Shown: piece after piece, positions 55,697 through 64,000 of the stretch
Position numbering within the stretch: position 1 is the first letter of the stretch
Layout: every line of letters begins with the position of its first letter
Source of the DNA: Kiritimatiellia bacterium
Lineage (GTDB): Bacteria; Verrucomicrobiota; Kiritimatiellia; PWTM01
NCBI GenBank assembly: GCA_026417735.1
Contig: JAOACR010000009.1
Span: forward strand, 423,255-487,254
Direction: 5' to 3'
Length of the DNA stretch: 64,000 nucleotides
Program-made: the position numbers and the translations under genes
Notes under the pieces: model-generated
Seen by the model: the letters and a program-made list of their open reading frames with translations, nothing else
The model's database searches: none
Told to the model about the DNA's origin: nothing

Positions 55697-57929
55697 ACGG
55701 CGTACGGGTGCCTTTTTTTCTTTCCGCATCGCGACCAGCGCCGGCCGATGGCGACTGGCGCCGGTGCTCGCTGCCGCGGCCGCGCTCGCGCGTGCGCCCG
55801 CCCCGCCGCCCTTCGGCTCTCCGAAGCTGCCGGTAGTGACCGGCTGGATCGGCAACACCTACGCCGGCGCGGAACGATGGGTGCCTCAGGACATCGCCGA
55901 TCTTGCGCTGGCGCCCGGCGGACGTCTCTTCTCGAACGTGCCGTGGGAGGAAGGCGGGGGCAACTGCACGGAATTTCACAATGGAGAGGTGGTGGGGCAC
56001 GCCGGCCACACGCATGGTTGGGGCCACGAGGGCGGCCATGCGGTAGCGGCGAACTCCCGATACTTGTTCATCGCCGGCCGCATGGGCAACGAGGGCGGTC
56101 ATCTGTGCGAGCCGCAGACATGGCCGCCCAAGGGGTTCTCCTGGATCGGGGTGTCCCGGCGGCCGCTGTCGAACATCCGCGCCGCAGCCCCGTTTCCCGG
56201 CGCGAAGGGCGGTGCCGGCGGAACACTGAAGTCGGCTTTTCTTGTCGTCGATGAAGTTCAGTCGGTCCCCAAGGCGAATGCGGTGCGTTCGCAGAACATC
56301 GCCGGACTCGCCGCGACCGATCGGCATCTTTTCGTCAGCTGCCCATATGCAAAGGCGATCCGGGTATATGACGCGGAGACGATGGCCCGGCTCGCGGAGT
56401 GGCCCTTTGACCGGCCCGGGCCGCTCGCGCTGGCGCCGGACGGGACCCTCTGGGTTCTGCAGGAACGCGAGGGTGCTGCGCCGCCCGCCGTCCTGCCGCT
56501 GACCGCAGAGGGCCGGGCGGGGGAACCGAAGGTGTGCTTCGAGGCTGACGCCGATCCTGCCGATATTGCCTTTGCCCCGAACGGCCGTCTGCTGGTCGCC
56601 GACGATGGCCCCCGCCAGCAGATCCTGGTCTGGGATGTGTGCAGCCGCCCGCCCCGGCAGGTGGGCGCGATTGGCCGGCTGGGAGGTATCCACGCGGAGC
56701 CGGCGGGCCGGATTGAACCGCTCAAGTTCAACCGGCCCCGCGCAATCGCCTGCGATACGGCGGGCGTGCTCTACGTTGCGCATCAGGGCAGCACCGGCGG
56801 TGGCAGCACGGTGCTGGAAGCGTACGGACCCGACAGCTCGCCCTTATGGCGCTTGTTTGGGCTCTGTTTCGTAGACATGGCAGACGTCGACCCGCAGGAC
56901 GACCGGCAGCTGTACACCAAGGAGGAACGTTTCGAGCTGGACCACACCCGGACTGCCGGCCGGGACTGGACCTACTGCGCCTACACCGTAGACCGGTTTC
57001 GGTTTCCCGACGACCCGCGCCTGCACATCTGGTCGGCCGGCGCATGGGTTCGCCGTCTCGCAGGACGCCGACTGCTTTTTGTGAACGACATGACCGCAGA
57101 CCATCTGCAGGTCTATCGCTTCGGTGAGGCCGAGACCGCGATTCCCTCGGGTTTGTTCGCGAAACGAGCGGTCCACGACGGCCGTTGGCCGCCTCACCAG
57201 CCACGAGACCGCGAATGGATCTGGCGCGACGCAAACGGGAACGGGCGGTTCGACCCGGACGAGTACGAGGCCGGCGAGCGCGCCGCGCCCCCCGCAGACG
57301 GCTGGTGGGTAGACATGCAGGGCGACGTGTGGCTGGCCACCCTGCGCAGTGGAATTCGGCGCTTTCGCTTACGTGGATTCGATGAATCAGGCAATCCATG
57401 CTGGAGTTACCGGATCGCAGAAACGTACCCCCACCCTGGCGCGTTCGACGAGGTCAAACGTCTGCGATACCTGCCGGAGCCTGACGTGATGTTTCTGGGC
57501 GGGACCGGAGGTGGGCACCGGAACCAGCACTGGAAGCCGATGGGGCCGATTCTCGCTCGATATGACCGATGGTCGGTCGGTGGTGCCACCTCCGCGCCCA
57601 CCTGGCAGATCGTGCTGCCCTACCAGGCCGGCAGTCGTGGGCACGAAAGCTGCGAGCCGATGAGTTTCGACGTCGCAGGTGAATATGTCTTTGTCGCCTA
57701 CACGGGCGCCTCGAGATCCGAACGCGTTGGCTGGGGGCGCGTGGAGGTCCTTCGAGCGGACGACGGCCGATCCGTCGGACACCTTGAGCCACCGGCAGAG
57801 ATCGGCCAGATCGGCTTGCAGGACATCCGTGAGTGTCTCCGGGCGCATCGCCGGCACAACGGCGAATACCTCGTACTGATCGAGGATGACCTGAAGGCGA
57901 AACTCGTGATGTACCGCTGGCGGCCTTGA
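55680..57929 (+). CDS. Secreted NHL/beta-propeller hypothetical protein
   Basis: Signal-like N-terminus, WIGNTY, NHL-like repeats (PGPLALAPDG, DIAFAPNG, FNRPRAIACD), 'WRDANGNGRFD'. Start uncertain. Confidence 0.78.
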   Translation: MRRAAERRTGAFFSFRIATSAGRWRLAPVLAAAAALARAPAPPPFGSPKLPVVTGWIGNTYAGAERWVPQDIADLALAPGGRLFSNVPWEEGGGNCTEFHNGEVVGHAGHTHGWGHEGGHAVAANSRYLFIAGRMGNEGGHLCEPQTWPPKGFSWIGVSRRPLSNIRAAAPFPGAKGGAGGTLKSAFLVVDEVQSVPKANAVRSQNIAGLAATDRHLFVSCPYAKAIRVYDAETMARLAEWPFDRPGPLALAPDGTLWVLQEREGAAPPAVLPLTAEGRAGEPKVCFEADADPADIAFAPNGRLLVADDGPRQQILVWDVCSRPPRQVGAIGRLGGIHAEPAGRIEPLKFNRPRAIACDTAGVLYVAHQGSTGGGSTVLEAYGPDSSPLWRLFGLCFVDMADVDPQDDRQLYTKEERFELDHTRTAGRDWTYCAYTVDRFRFPDDPRLHIWSAGAWVRRLAGRRLLFVNDMTADHLQVYRFGEAETAIPSGLFAKRAVHDGRWPPHQPRDREWIWRDANGNGRFDPDEYEAGERAAPPADGWWVDMQGDVWLATLRSGIRRFRLRGFDESGNPCWSYRIAETYPHPGAFDEVKRLRYLPEPDVMFLGGTGGGHRNQHWKPMGPILARYDRWSVGGATSAPTWQIVLPYQAGSRGHESCEPMSFDVAGEYVFVAYTGASRSERVGWGRVEVLRADDGRSVGHLEPPAEIGQIGLQDIRECLRAHRRHNGEYLVLIEDDLKAKLVMYRWRP

Positions 57930-57986
57930 GCGGTGTCGGCGCTGGAACGTCTGCGCGCGAGGCAGACGGGCGCTGCCGCTCCTGGT

Positions 57987-59339
57987 TCAACGGACGGCGG
58001 AGGGCTGCCAGGGCGCGGCGCCACCGCGACGGATGTGGTTACGGAGCGCCTCCGACAGTCGCCGCACCACCTCGGGGCATGCGGCCGCAAGATCGGTCTG
58101 CTCCTGCGGATCGTCGCGCAGATTGTACAGCTCCCACGGCGAAAACGGATCGTTCTGCATCAGCTTCCAGCCGTCCGCAATGAGTGCCTCATAGCTCTTG
58201 CCGCCATACCGCGGCCCTCCTTCCCGCCGCACAAAGTAGAGCTCCCGCCGTTCCCGGGGCGGTGCGCCGCCGCGAAGAATCGGCAGCAAACTCACCGCGT
58301 CTAGCTCGGCGGGCGCTCGCCCGCCGGCTGCCTCCAGAAATGTCGGTGTGACGTCGAACGTTAGGCCCTCGTAGTCGGACACTCTTCCCGGTGCGATCAC
58401 GGCAGGCCACCGCGCCAGGAATGGCACGCGGAGACCGCCATCGTAGTGGTCCTGTTTTCCCCCCCGCCAGGGACGGTTCGACTGCGCGTGTGGCAGTGAG
58501 CCGCCATTATCGGACGTTGCGACGACCAGCGTGTTCGACTCGGCCCCGACCGCGTGCAGCGCCGCCAGCACCCGCCCGATGGCGTCGTCGAGGTGCTCGA
58601 CCAACGCAACGTTCTTCGCGCGCTTCACGTCCAGATCCATGCAGCGACGGCGAACGCGCTCCAGCCATTCGGGTGGTGGCTCGATCGGAAAGTGCGGTGC
58701 GTTGTAGGCCAGATAGAGAAAAAACGGCCGGTCGGCAGGGCGCCCATCGCCGCGAAGATAGGCGACTGCCCAGTCGGTGAAGATGTCGGTCGCATGGCCG
58801 GGCGGATCCACCACCTCGCGGTTGTGACGCATGTAGTTGAGCCCGTGGCGACGGTGGTGGGTGTAACTGTCCATCATGTCACCGAGAAACCCACGAAACA
58901 GATCAAACCCCCGCTCATTGGGCAGGTTGGGCGACTCAAGCCCCAGATGCCACTTGCCGACGAGCGCGGTGTGATAGCCGAGCTCGCGGAGGCGATCGGC
59001 CAGCGTGGGCACGCCGGGGGAGAACCACCCCCAGGAGTCCGCCGGCTGCGAGCGGATCACGCCCGGTACGCCGACACGGTCCGGATATAGGCCGGTCAGA
59101 ATCGCGGCGCGGGTGGGCGAGCAAACGGTCGCGTTCGCCCGCATCGCGGAGAAACGGATGCCTTCCGTGGCGAGCCGGTCGAGATTGGGGGTGCGCACAT
59201 CCGGCGCACCGTGGAGGGAGAGGTCACCGTAGCCGAGGTCGTCCGCGAGGATGAGCAGGAAGTTCGGCTGGGCCGCGCCGGACACGGTCGCCGCCCCCAG
59301 CACCAGCGCGATCGCGGCGAAGGTCTGCGCCCGACGCAC
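57987..59339 (-). CDS. Arylsulfatase (Cys-type)
   Basis: PNFLLILADDLGYGD, CSPTRAAILTG, GKWHLG, SDNGG. Start approximate. Confidence 0.93.
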   Translation of the reverse strand: MRRAQTFAAIALVLGAATVSGAAQPNFLLILADDLGYGDLSLHGAPDVRTPNLDRLATEGIRFSAMRANATVCSPTRAAILTGLYPDRVGVPGVIRSQPADSWGWFSPGVPTLADRLRELGYHTALVGKWHLGLESPNLPNERGFDLFRGFLGDMMDSYTHHRRHGLNYMRHNREVVDPPGHATDIFTDWAVAYLRGDGRPADRPFFLYLAYNAPHFPIEPPPEWLERVRRRCMDLDVKRAKNVALVEHLDDAIGRVLAALHAVGAESNTLVVATSDNGGSLPHAQSNRPWRGGKQDHYDGGLRVPFLARWPAVIAPGRVSDYEGLTFDVTPTFLEAAGGRAPAELDAVSLLPILRGGAPPRERRELYFVRREGGPRYGGKSYEALIADGWKLMQNDPFSPWELYNLRDDPQEQTDLAAACPEVVRRLSEALRNHIRRGGAAPWQPSAVR

Positions 59340-59361
59340 CAACGGCGACGCGCTCCCCAGA

Positions 59362-60876
59362 TCACTCCGGCACGGGGTCGCCGCGATGGATCGTCTCGCC
59401 CTCCCAAACGGCCTCATCGGTGGCGGGGTCATAGGTCAGCACACGAGCGCTGCTGCGGGGCGCCGGCGGCGCGTCCAGGCGCGGCAGCCATCGCCGGTGC
59501 TGCGCCAGCACGTCCGCCATTTGCGCATGGTGGGCGAGGTTCGTCCACTCGTGAGGGTCACTCTGCATGTCATACAGCTCCTCGGTGCCGTCCGCATAGC
59601 GGATGTAGCGCCACCGCTCGCTGCGCACCGCGTGATTGCCCTGATTGTGCGTTGTGATCGCGGGTGCGAGGCGGGGCGCGTTCGCATCGCGAAGCTGGGG
59701 TACCAGGCTGTGCCCTTCCAGGTCGTTTCGCGGCGTCAGCCCGCACAGCTCGATTAGGGTCGGATACAGGTCGAGGAGCTCGGCCGGCCGGTGGCATCGG
59801 GCGCCGGCGGCCACGCCGGGACCCGCCACAATGAGGGGCACGCGTGTCGAGCGCTCCCAGAGCGTGTTCTTGCCAGAGATCGCCTTTTCACCGAGGTGAT
59901 ACCCGTTGTCGCTCCAGAACACGATCACCGTGTTGGTCGCGTGCGGGGAGGCGTCCAGCGCATCGACGACACGGCCGATCTGCGCATCGAGAAAGCTGAC
60001 GCAAGCCAGATAGGAGCGGACGAGATTCCGCCACTGCTGGTTCTCCTGAAGCCATCGCAGCCGTGGCTCGGGCAACCGCCAGTGCAGGTACCAGGAGAAG
60101 GCAGGACAGTCGGCACGATCCTCCGGCCGCACGGGCGGCAGGATCGACTCATCGTCGGGATACAGCGCAAACCATCGTTCCGTCGCATAGCACGGCACGT
60201 GGGGGAGGAAAAACCCCACCGCGAGGAAAAACGGCGGTTCGGCTGGCATTTCGCGCAAACGTTGCACCGCCCAGCTGGCCAGCTGATAGTCGCCCTTGTC
60301 CTCGTCGCGGTGCGGGAAACAGCCCCAGTCCATCAGCGGGTGATTGCCCATCGGGGTGGGTGGAACCAGCTTTTGTGGGGGTCTGGCGCCGACGGCCGCT
60401 GGCGGCCCCCACACGTCGAACTCGGCTGCGCGCTGCGCCGGGCCTCCGAAACCGTGATGGTAGACCTTGCCGGCGGTAAAGGTTCGGTAGCCGTGCGCCC
60501 GAAAGTGCTGCGGCAACGTCACCCGTTCGCGCAGGGCCTCCACATCCCGAAAGCACGGCTCCAGTCCGTAGATGCCCGTCGTCGACGGTCGCAGCCCCAG
60601 CATCAGGCTCGCGCGGGAGGGATTGCACAGTGGCGACTGGATGTGCGCATTCAAAAAGGTTGTGCCACGGGCGGCGAGCCGGTCAAGATTGGGCGTTTTC
60701 ACCATCGGATGGCCACCGAGCGGTCCGATCCAGTCGTTCAGATCGTCCGCCGCAATCATCAGCACGTTCGGTCGGCGCGGCGCGCTTCCGCCCACTTCAG
60801 GGGCGCCGCCCGGCGCCGCGGCCGCGAGCGCCGCCAGCGATCCAAGCACGAAAATCACGCAGTTCATCCGCTTCAT
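59362..60876 (-). CDS. Sulfatase (iduronate/choline-sulfatase-like)
   Basis: PNVLMIAADDL, CNPSRAS, GKVYH, PHVP, WSDNGYHLGEK. Confidence 0.94.
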   Translation of the reverse strand: MKRMNCVIFVLGSLAALAAAAPGGAPEVGGSAPRRPNVLMIAADDLNDWIGPLGGHPMVKTPNLDRLAARGTTFLNAHIQSPLCNPSRASLMLGLRPSTTGIYGLEPCFRDVEALRERVTLPQHFRAHGYRTFTAGKVYHHGFGGPAQRAAEFDVWGPPAAVGARPPQKLVPPTPMGNHPLMDWGCFPHRDEDKGDYQLASWAVQRLREMPAEPPFFLAVGFFLPHVPCYATERWFALYPDDESILPPVRPEDRADCPAFSWYLHWRLPEPRLRWLQENQQWRNLVRSYLACVSFLDAQIGRVVDALDASPHATNTVIVFWSDNGYHLGEKAISGKNTLWERSTRVPLIVAGPGVAAGARCHRPAELLDLYPTLIELCGLTPRNDLEGHSLVPQLRDANAPRLAPAITTHNQGNHAVRSERWRYIRYADGTEELYDMQSDPHEWTNLAHHAQMADVLAQHRRWLPRLDAPPAPRSSARVLTYDPATDEAVWEGETIHRGDPVPE

Positions 60877-62438
60877 TCCACGGCGCTTCCTTTCGCCGCC
60901 GGGCGCGCGCCCCCGCGCCCCGCTCCGGGGCGCGCAAGGCTCTCCGGTGGATCTTCCTCCGGCACGCGCAACTCTGTACGAAGGCGCTGGAGCTCTACGA
61001 GCAGCCGCTCGCGCACCTCCGCGTAGGCCGGGTCCGCGTACACGTCCCGCAACTCGTCGGGGTCACTATGTCGGTCGATCAGCCGCCACTCGTTCACCTC
61101 GGCCTCGTAGAAGTGGAACAGTTTGTACCGGTCGGTGACCACACCGTAGTGCTTTCGGACGCTATGGGGACCCGGATATTCGTAGTAGTGGTAGTAAAAA
61201 CTTTTTCGCCAGTCGGCGGGCGTTTCGCCGCGGAGCAGCGGCACCAGACTTCGGCCGTGCAGATCCGCGGGCACCGACACGCCGGCCAGCTCCAGCAATG
61301 TCGGCGCGAGATCTAACACTGAGACCAGCGCACCGCAGCGGCTGCCTGCCCGCGCTACACCGGGCGCGCGCACCAGCAGCGGCGTCGTCAGGGACTCCTC
61401 ATAGATCCAGCGCTTGTCGAACCATCCGTGCTCGCCGAGGAAGAATCCCTGATCGGAGGAATAGACGACGACGGTGTTCTCCGCCAGTCCCTCCGTCTCG
61501 AGCCAGTCCAGCAGGCGCCCCACCCCCTCGTCCACGGCGAGAACGCAACCGAGGTAGTCGTGCATGTAGCGCTGATATCGCCAGCGGACGAGTTCGTCGC
61601 CCCCGAGCTTCGCCTCACGAAACGCCCGGTTGCGGGGCTCGTAGTACGCGTCCCACACCTTCGCCTGCGCCTCGTTCAGCTCGCCCGGACGCTTCAACTT
61701 CGCATCGAGATCATTGAACGTCGAGCGCAACGTCATGTCCTGCTCACGCTCCGGGCGTCCCCGCCCGCGGTAGTCATCGAACAACGTGGGCGGTTCCGGA
61801 AACCGGCGATCGCCGCTCCAGCCCAGATGCCGCAGCGCCGGCATCCACGGGCGGTGGGGTGCCTTGTGGTGACACATCAGCAGAAACGGCCGGGAGGTGT
61901 CGCGCCGCCGCAGCCACTCCAGCGAGAGGTCCGTGATGATGTCGGTGGTGTACCCCTCGTGGCGGACGCGCACGCCGTCGCGGATCATTGGCGGGTTGTA
62001 GTATGCCCCCTGTCCCGGCAGGATCTCCCAGTGGTCAAATCCGGTCGGGTCGCTTTCGAGATGCCATTTGCCGATCACCGCCGTCTGATAGCCCGCCGCG
62101 CGCAGCAGTTTCGGAAACGTTGTCTGCGACCCGTCAAAACGGTTTCCATTCCGATAGAATCCGTTCGCGTGGCTGTACTTTGCGGTGAGCAGCGCGGCGC
62201 GGCTTGGTCCGCAGATTGAGTTCGGCACCAGACACCGCTCAAATAACACGCCGCCTTGCGCGATCCGGTCAATGTTCGGCGTCGCGACCAGCTTCAACGG
62301 ATGCCCGTACGCGCTCACCGCCTGGGTCGTGTGATCGTCCGCGAAGATGAACAGGATGTTCAGTCGCTGCTCCGGCGTCGCGGCGCCGGCGCGAAGCACC
62401 AGCGCCGCCAGCAGCGCAACCCATCGTTGGGAGACCAT
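60873..62438 (-). CDS. Sulfatase (N-acetylglucosamine-6-sulfatase/mucin-desulfating-like)
   Basis: NILFIFADDH, CGPSRAALLT, GKWHL, HKAPHR, SDQGFFLGEHGWFDKR. Confidence 0.94.
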   Translation of the reverse strand: MVSQRWVALLAALVLRAGAATPEQRLNILFIFADDHTTQAVSAYGHPLKLVATPNIDRIAQGGVLFERCLVPNSICGPSRAALLTAKYSHANGFYRNGNRFDGSQTTFPKLLRAAGYQTAVIGKWHLESDPTGFDHWEILPGQGAYYNPPMIRDGVRVRHEGYTTDIITDLSLEWLRRRDTSRPFLLMCHHKAPHRPWMPALRHLGWSGDRRFPEPPTLFDDYRGRGRPEREQDMTLRSTFNDLDAKLKRPGELNEAQAKVWDAYYEPRNRAFREAKLGGDELVRWRYQRYMHDYLGCVLAVDEGVGRLLDWLETEGLAENTVVVYSSDQGFFLGEHGWFDKRWIYEESLTTPLLVRAPGVARAGSRCGALVSVLDLAPTLLELAGVSVPADLHGRSLVPLLRGETPADWRKSFYYHYYEYPGPHSVRKHYGVVTDRYKLFHFYEAEVNEWRLIDRHSDPDELRDVYADPAYAEVRERLLVELQRLRTELRVPEEDPPESLARPGAGRGGARPAAKGSAVE

Positions 62439-62554
62439 TGCCGCGCCTCCATGACGGCGCTCGCCGGCAGTCGGCCGGCGTGACTACGCGCAGTTTACTC
62501 CCGCCTCTCCCGTTTGAACAGGTGCACGACGAGAGCCAGCCGCGGCCGTTCCGC

Positions 62555-63847
62555 TCAGACGCGAATCGCGATGGCCGCCTGATCGAACTTCGCGTGCCGT
62601 CCGGCCTTGTGGGACAGCATCGCCATTTGCAGAACCGTCTGGACACGGAAGGCGAGGTCCATCGGACACATCGTCGCCGGATTCTTTTCGCGGTGACAGC
62701 GAATCAGGTCGCGCCACATTTCGAGGTTGTCCTCGTGGCCTTCGATCGGAAACAGCTTCACGCTTTTCGTCTGCCCCGGAATGCCGCTGGGCGTGAACCG
62801 GATCTGTCGGTTATCCGGTTCAATCGTCAGCGTGCCCTCGGTGCCCCGGATCACGGGGCTCCGCTGGCCCGCGCCCCGCTTGGGCGTAGTGGTGTAATCG
62901 TTACCCTGCGTACCCAGCACCGCGATCGTCATCGCGTCCGGATAGCTCGCGATCAAGTTGAACGTGTCCGGCACCTCTCGGAGCTCGTAGGGGTAGACAT
63001 GGATCGCGCCGATGCCCGTGACAGTGTCCGGAAAGGTCGCCCCCATCACATCCACGACGGGTGTGAGGCAGTGCGGGAAAAGATCGGTGACCGGCCCGCC
63101 CGCGTAGTCCTCGAAAAGCCGCCAGCGGAAAAAGCGGTCCACGCTGAACTCGCGCCGGGGCGCATCGCCGAGAAACGCATCCCAGTCGAGGTCCGGACCC
63201 GGCTTGACCTTGGGATCGTCCACAGGCATGCCGCGCTCTCCCCAATCGCCGACGCGGAAAAAGCCTGCTTCGCCGAAGAGCGGTCGGCCGATCACTCCCT
63301 GCCGCACCAGGTCTTTCATCTGCCGCCAGGCGGGGTCGCTCATCGCCTGGCAACCGACCGTGATTACACGGCCGACGGCCTTTGCGGCCTCCGCGAGCCG
63401 CTTCGTGAGTTCAAACTGCCGCCAGTGCGACAGCGGCTTCTCGATGTACATGTCTTTCCCCGCGGCCACCGCGTCGAGCGCCTGGGGCGCGTGGTGGTGG
63501 TCCGGCGTTGCAATGCAGACGACGTCCACGTTCGGGTCCGCCAGCAGCTCGCGATGGTCCCTGTAGTCGCGCGCAATGGGGAACTGTCGGCGCCGTGCCT
63601 CGCGCCGGCCACGGTAGACGTCGGCGACCGCGACCAGCTCCACGTTGAGCCCCTCCTCCTTCAACTTTTGCACCATCTGCATGTGGGCCTGCGCGCGCCC
63701 GCCGGCCCCGATGAAACCGACGCCGGTGCGCTCGTTTGCGCCCAGCACTGGTCCTCGCGCGACAAACGGCGCGGCGACCGCGCCCGCGGCGGTACGCAGG
63801 AACCGCCGGCGGCTTCCGTCCATCCGACCGACATCCGACTGTTTCAT
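62555..63847 (-). CDS. Gfo/Idh/MocA oxidoreductase, Tat-exported
   Basis: SRRRFL Tat motif, IGAGGRA, ATPDHHH, YIEKP. Confidence 0.93.
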   Translation of the reverse strand: MKQSDVGRMDGSRRRFLRTAAGAVAAPFVARGPVLGANERTGVGFIGAGGRAQAHMQMVQKLKEEGLNVELVAVADVYRGRREARRRQFPIARDYRDHRELLADPNVDVVCIATPDHHHAPQALDAVAAGKDMYIEKPLSHWRQFELTKRLAEAAKAVGRVITVGCQAMSDPAWRQMKDLVRQGVIGRPLFGEAGFFRVGDWGERGMPVDDPKVKPGPDLDWDAFLGDAPRREFSVDRFFRWRLFEDYAGGPVTDLFPHCLTPVVDVMGATFPDTVTGIGAIHVYPYELREVPDTFNLIASYPDAMTIAVLGTQGNDYTTTPKRGAGQRSPVIRGTEGTLTIEPDNRQIRFTPSGIPGQTKSVKLFPIEGHEDNLEMWRDLIRCHREKNPATMCPMDLAFRVQTVLQMAMLSHKAGRHAKFDQAAIAIRV

Positions 63848-63890
63848 CGCTCGTCTCCCTGCCTGGCCTGCGCCGGCGGCTGCAACCGGG

Positions 63891-64000
63891 TTAGCCCTTC
63901 AAAATCGTCTCCAGGCTCCATGGCTCTCGGGCCGGCCGCGTGAGCCGTCGCACCGCCTGCTCGTCACCGACGATTGTTTCGCGGACCGGGTCCCATTGAA
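63891..64000 (-). CDS. C-terminal end of another Gfo/Idh/MocA oxidoreductase (partial)
   Basis: QWDPVRETIVGDEQAVRRLTRPAREPWSLETILKG* resembles the tail of 44986-46299 (WDWNTERFVGD...RAPW). Confidence 0.75.
   Translation of the reverse strand, partial: QWDPVRETIVGDEQAVRRLTRPAREPWSLETILKG

Noticed and set aside
1..64000. CRISPR array, cas genes, transposases, rRNA
   Set aside because: No regularly spaced repeats or recognisable motifs were found on reading.

Overview
High-GC bacterial chromosomal window, most likely from a PVC-superphylum organism (inferred from PEP-CTERM proteins, several Cys-type sulfatases, Tat-exported Gfo/Idh/MocA oxidoreductases, a HEAT/ThuA fusion and beta-helix glycan enzymes; Kiritimatiellota/Verrucomicrobiota-like). 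It holds about 55 CDS. Housekeeping and cofactor genes: thi4 under a TPP riboswitch, bioF-bioH-bioC, proC, yggS, tkt, gcvH-lipB, def, pyrC, miaB, acyP, tRNA-Asp. Glycan-catabolic genes: 4 sulfatases, a GH29 fucosidase, a sialidase-like protein, 2 beta-helix proteins, 2 epimerases. There are also several decayed genes. The standout is a near-canonical fluoride (crcB-motif) riboswitch at 15045-15109 (-), directly in front of a TolC-MFP-RND tripartite efflux operon rather than a Fluc or CLC-F gene; this is a candidate new fluoride-induced trans-envelope export system. Other points: a Cys-type (suicide, haloarchaeal-like) Thi4; an Lrp/AsnC gene with an in-frame amber stop that is coupled to pyrC; a probably leaderless, autoregulated TetR gene; a decapitated LamG-PEP-CTERM gene; and an unassigned ~180-nt rod-like RNA candidate. 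No CRISPR array, integrase, transposase or rRNA was seen. All assignments come from reading motifs by eye; no searches were run.
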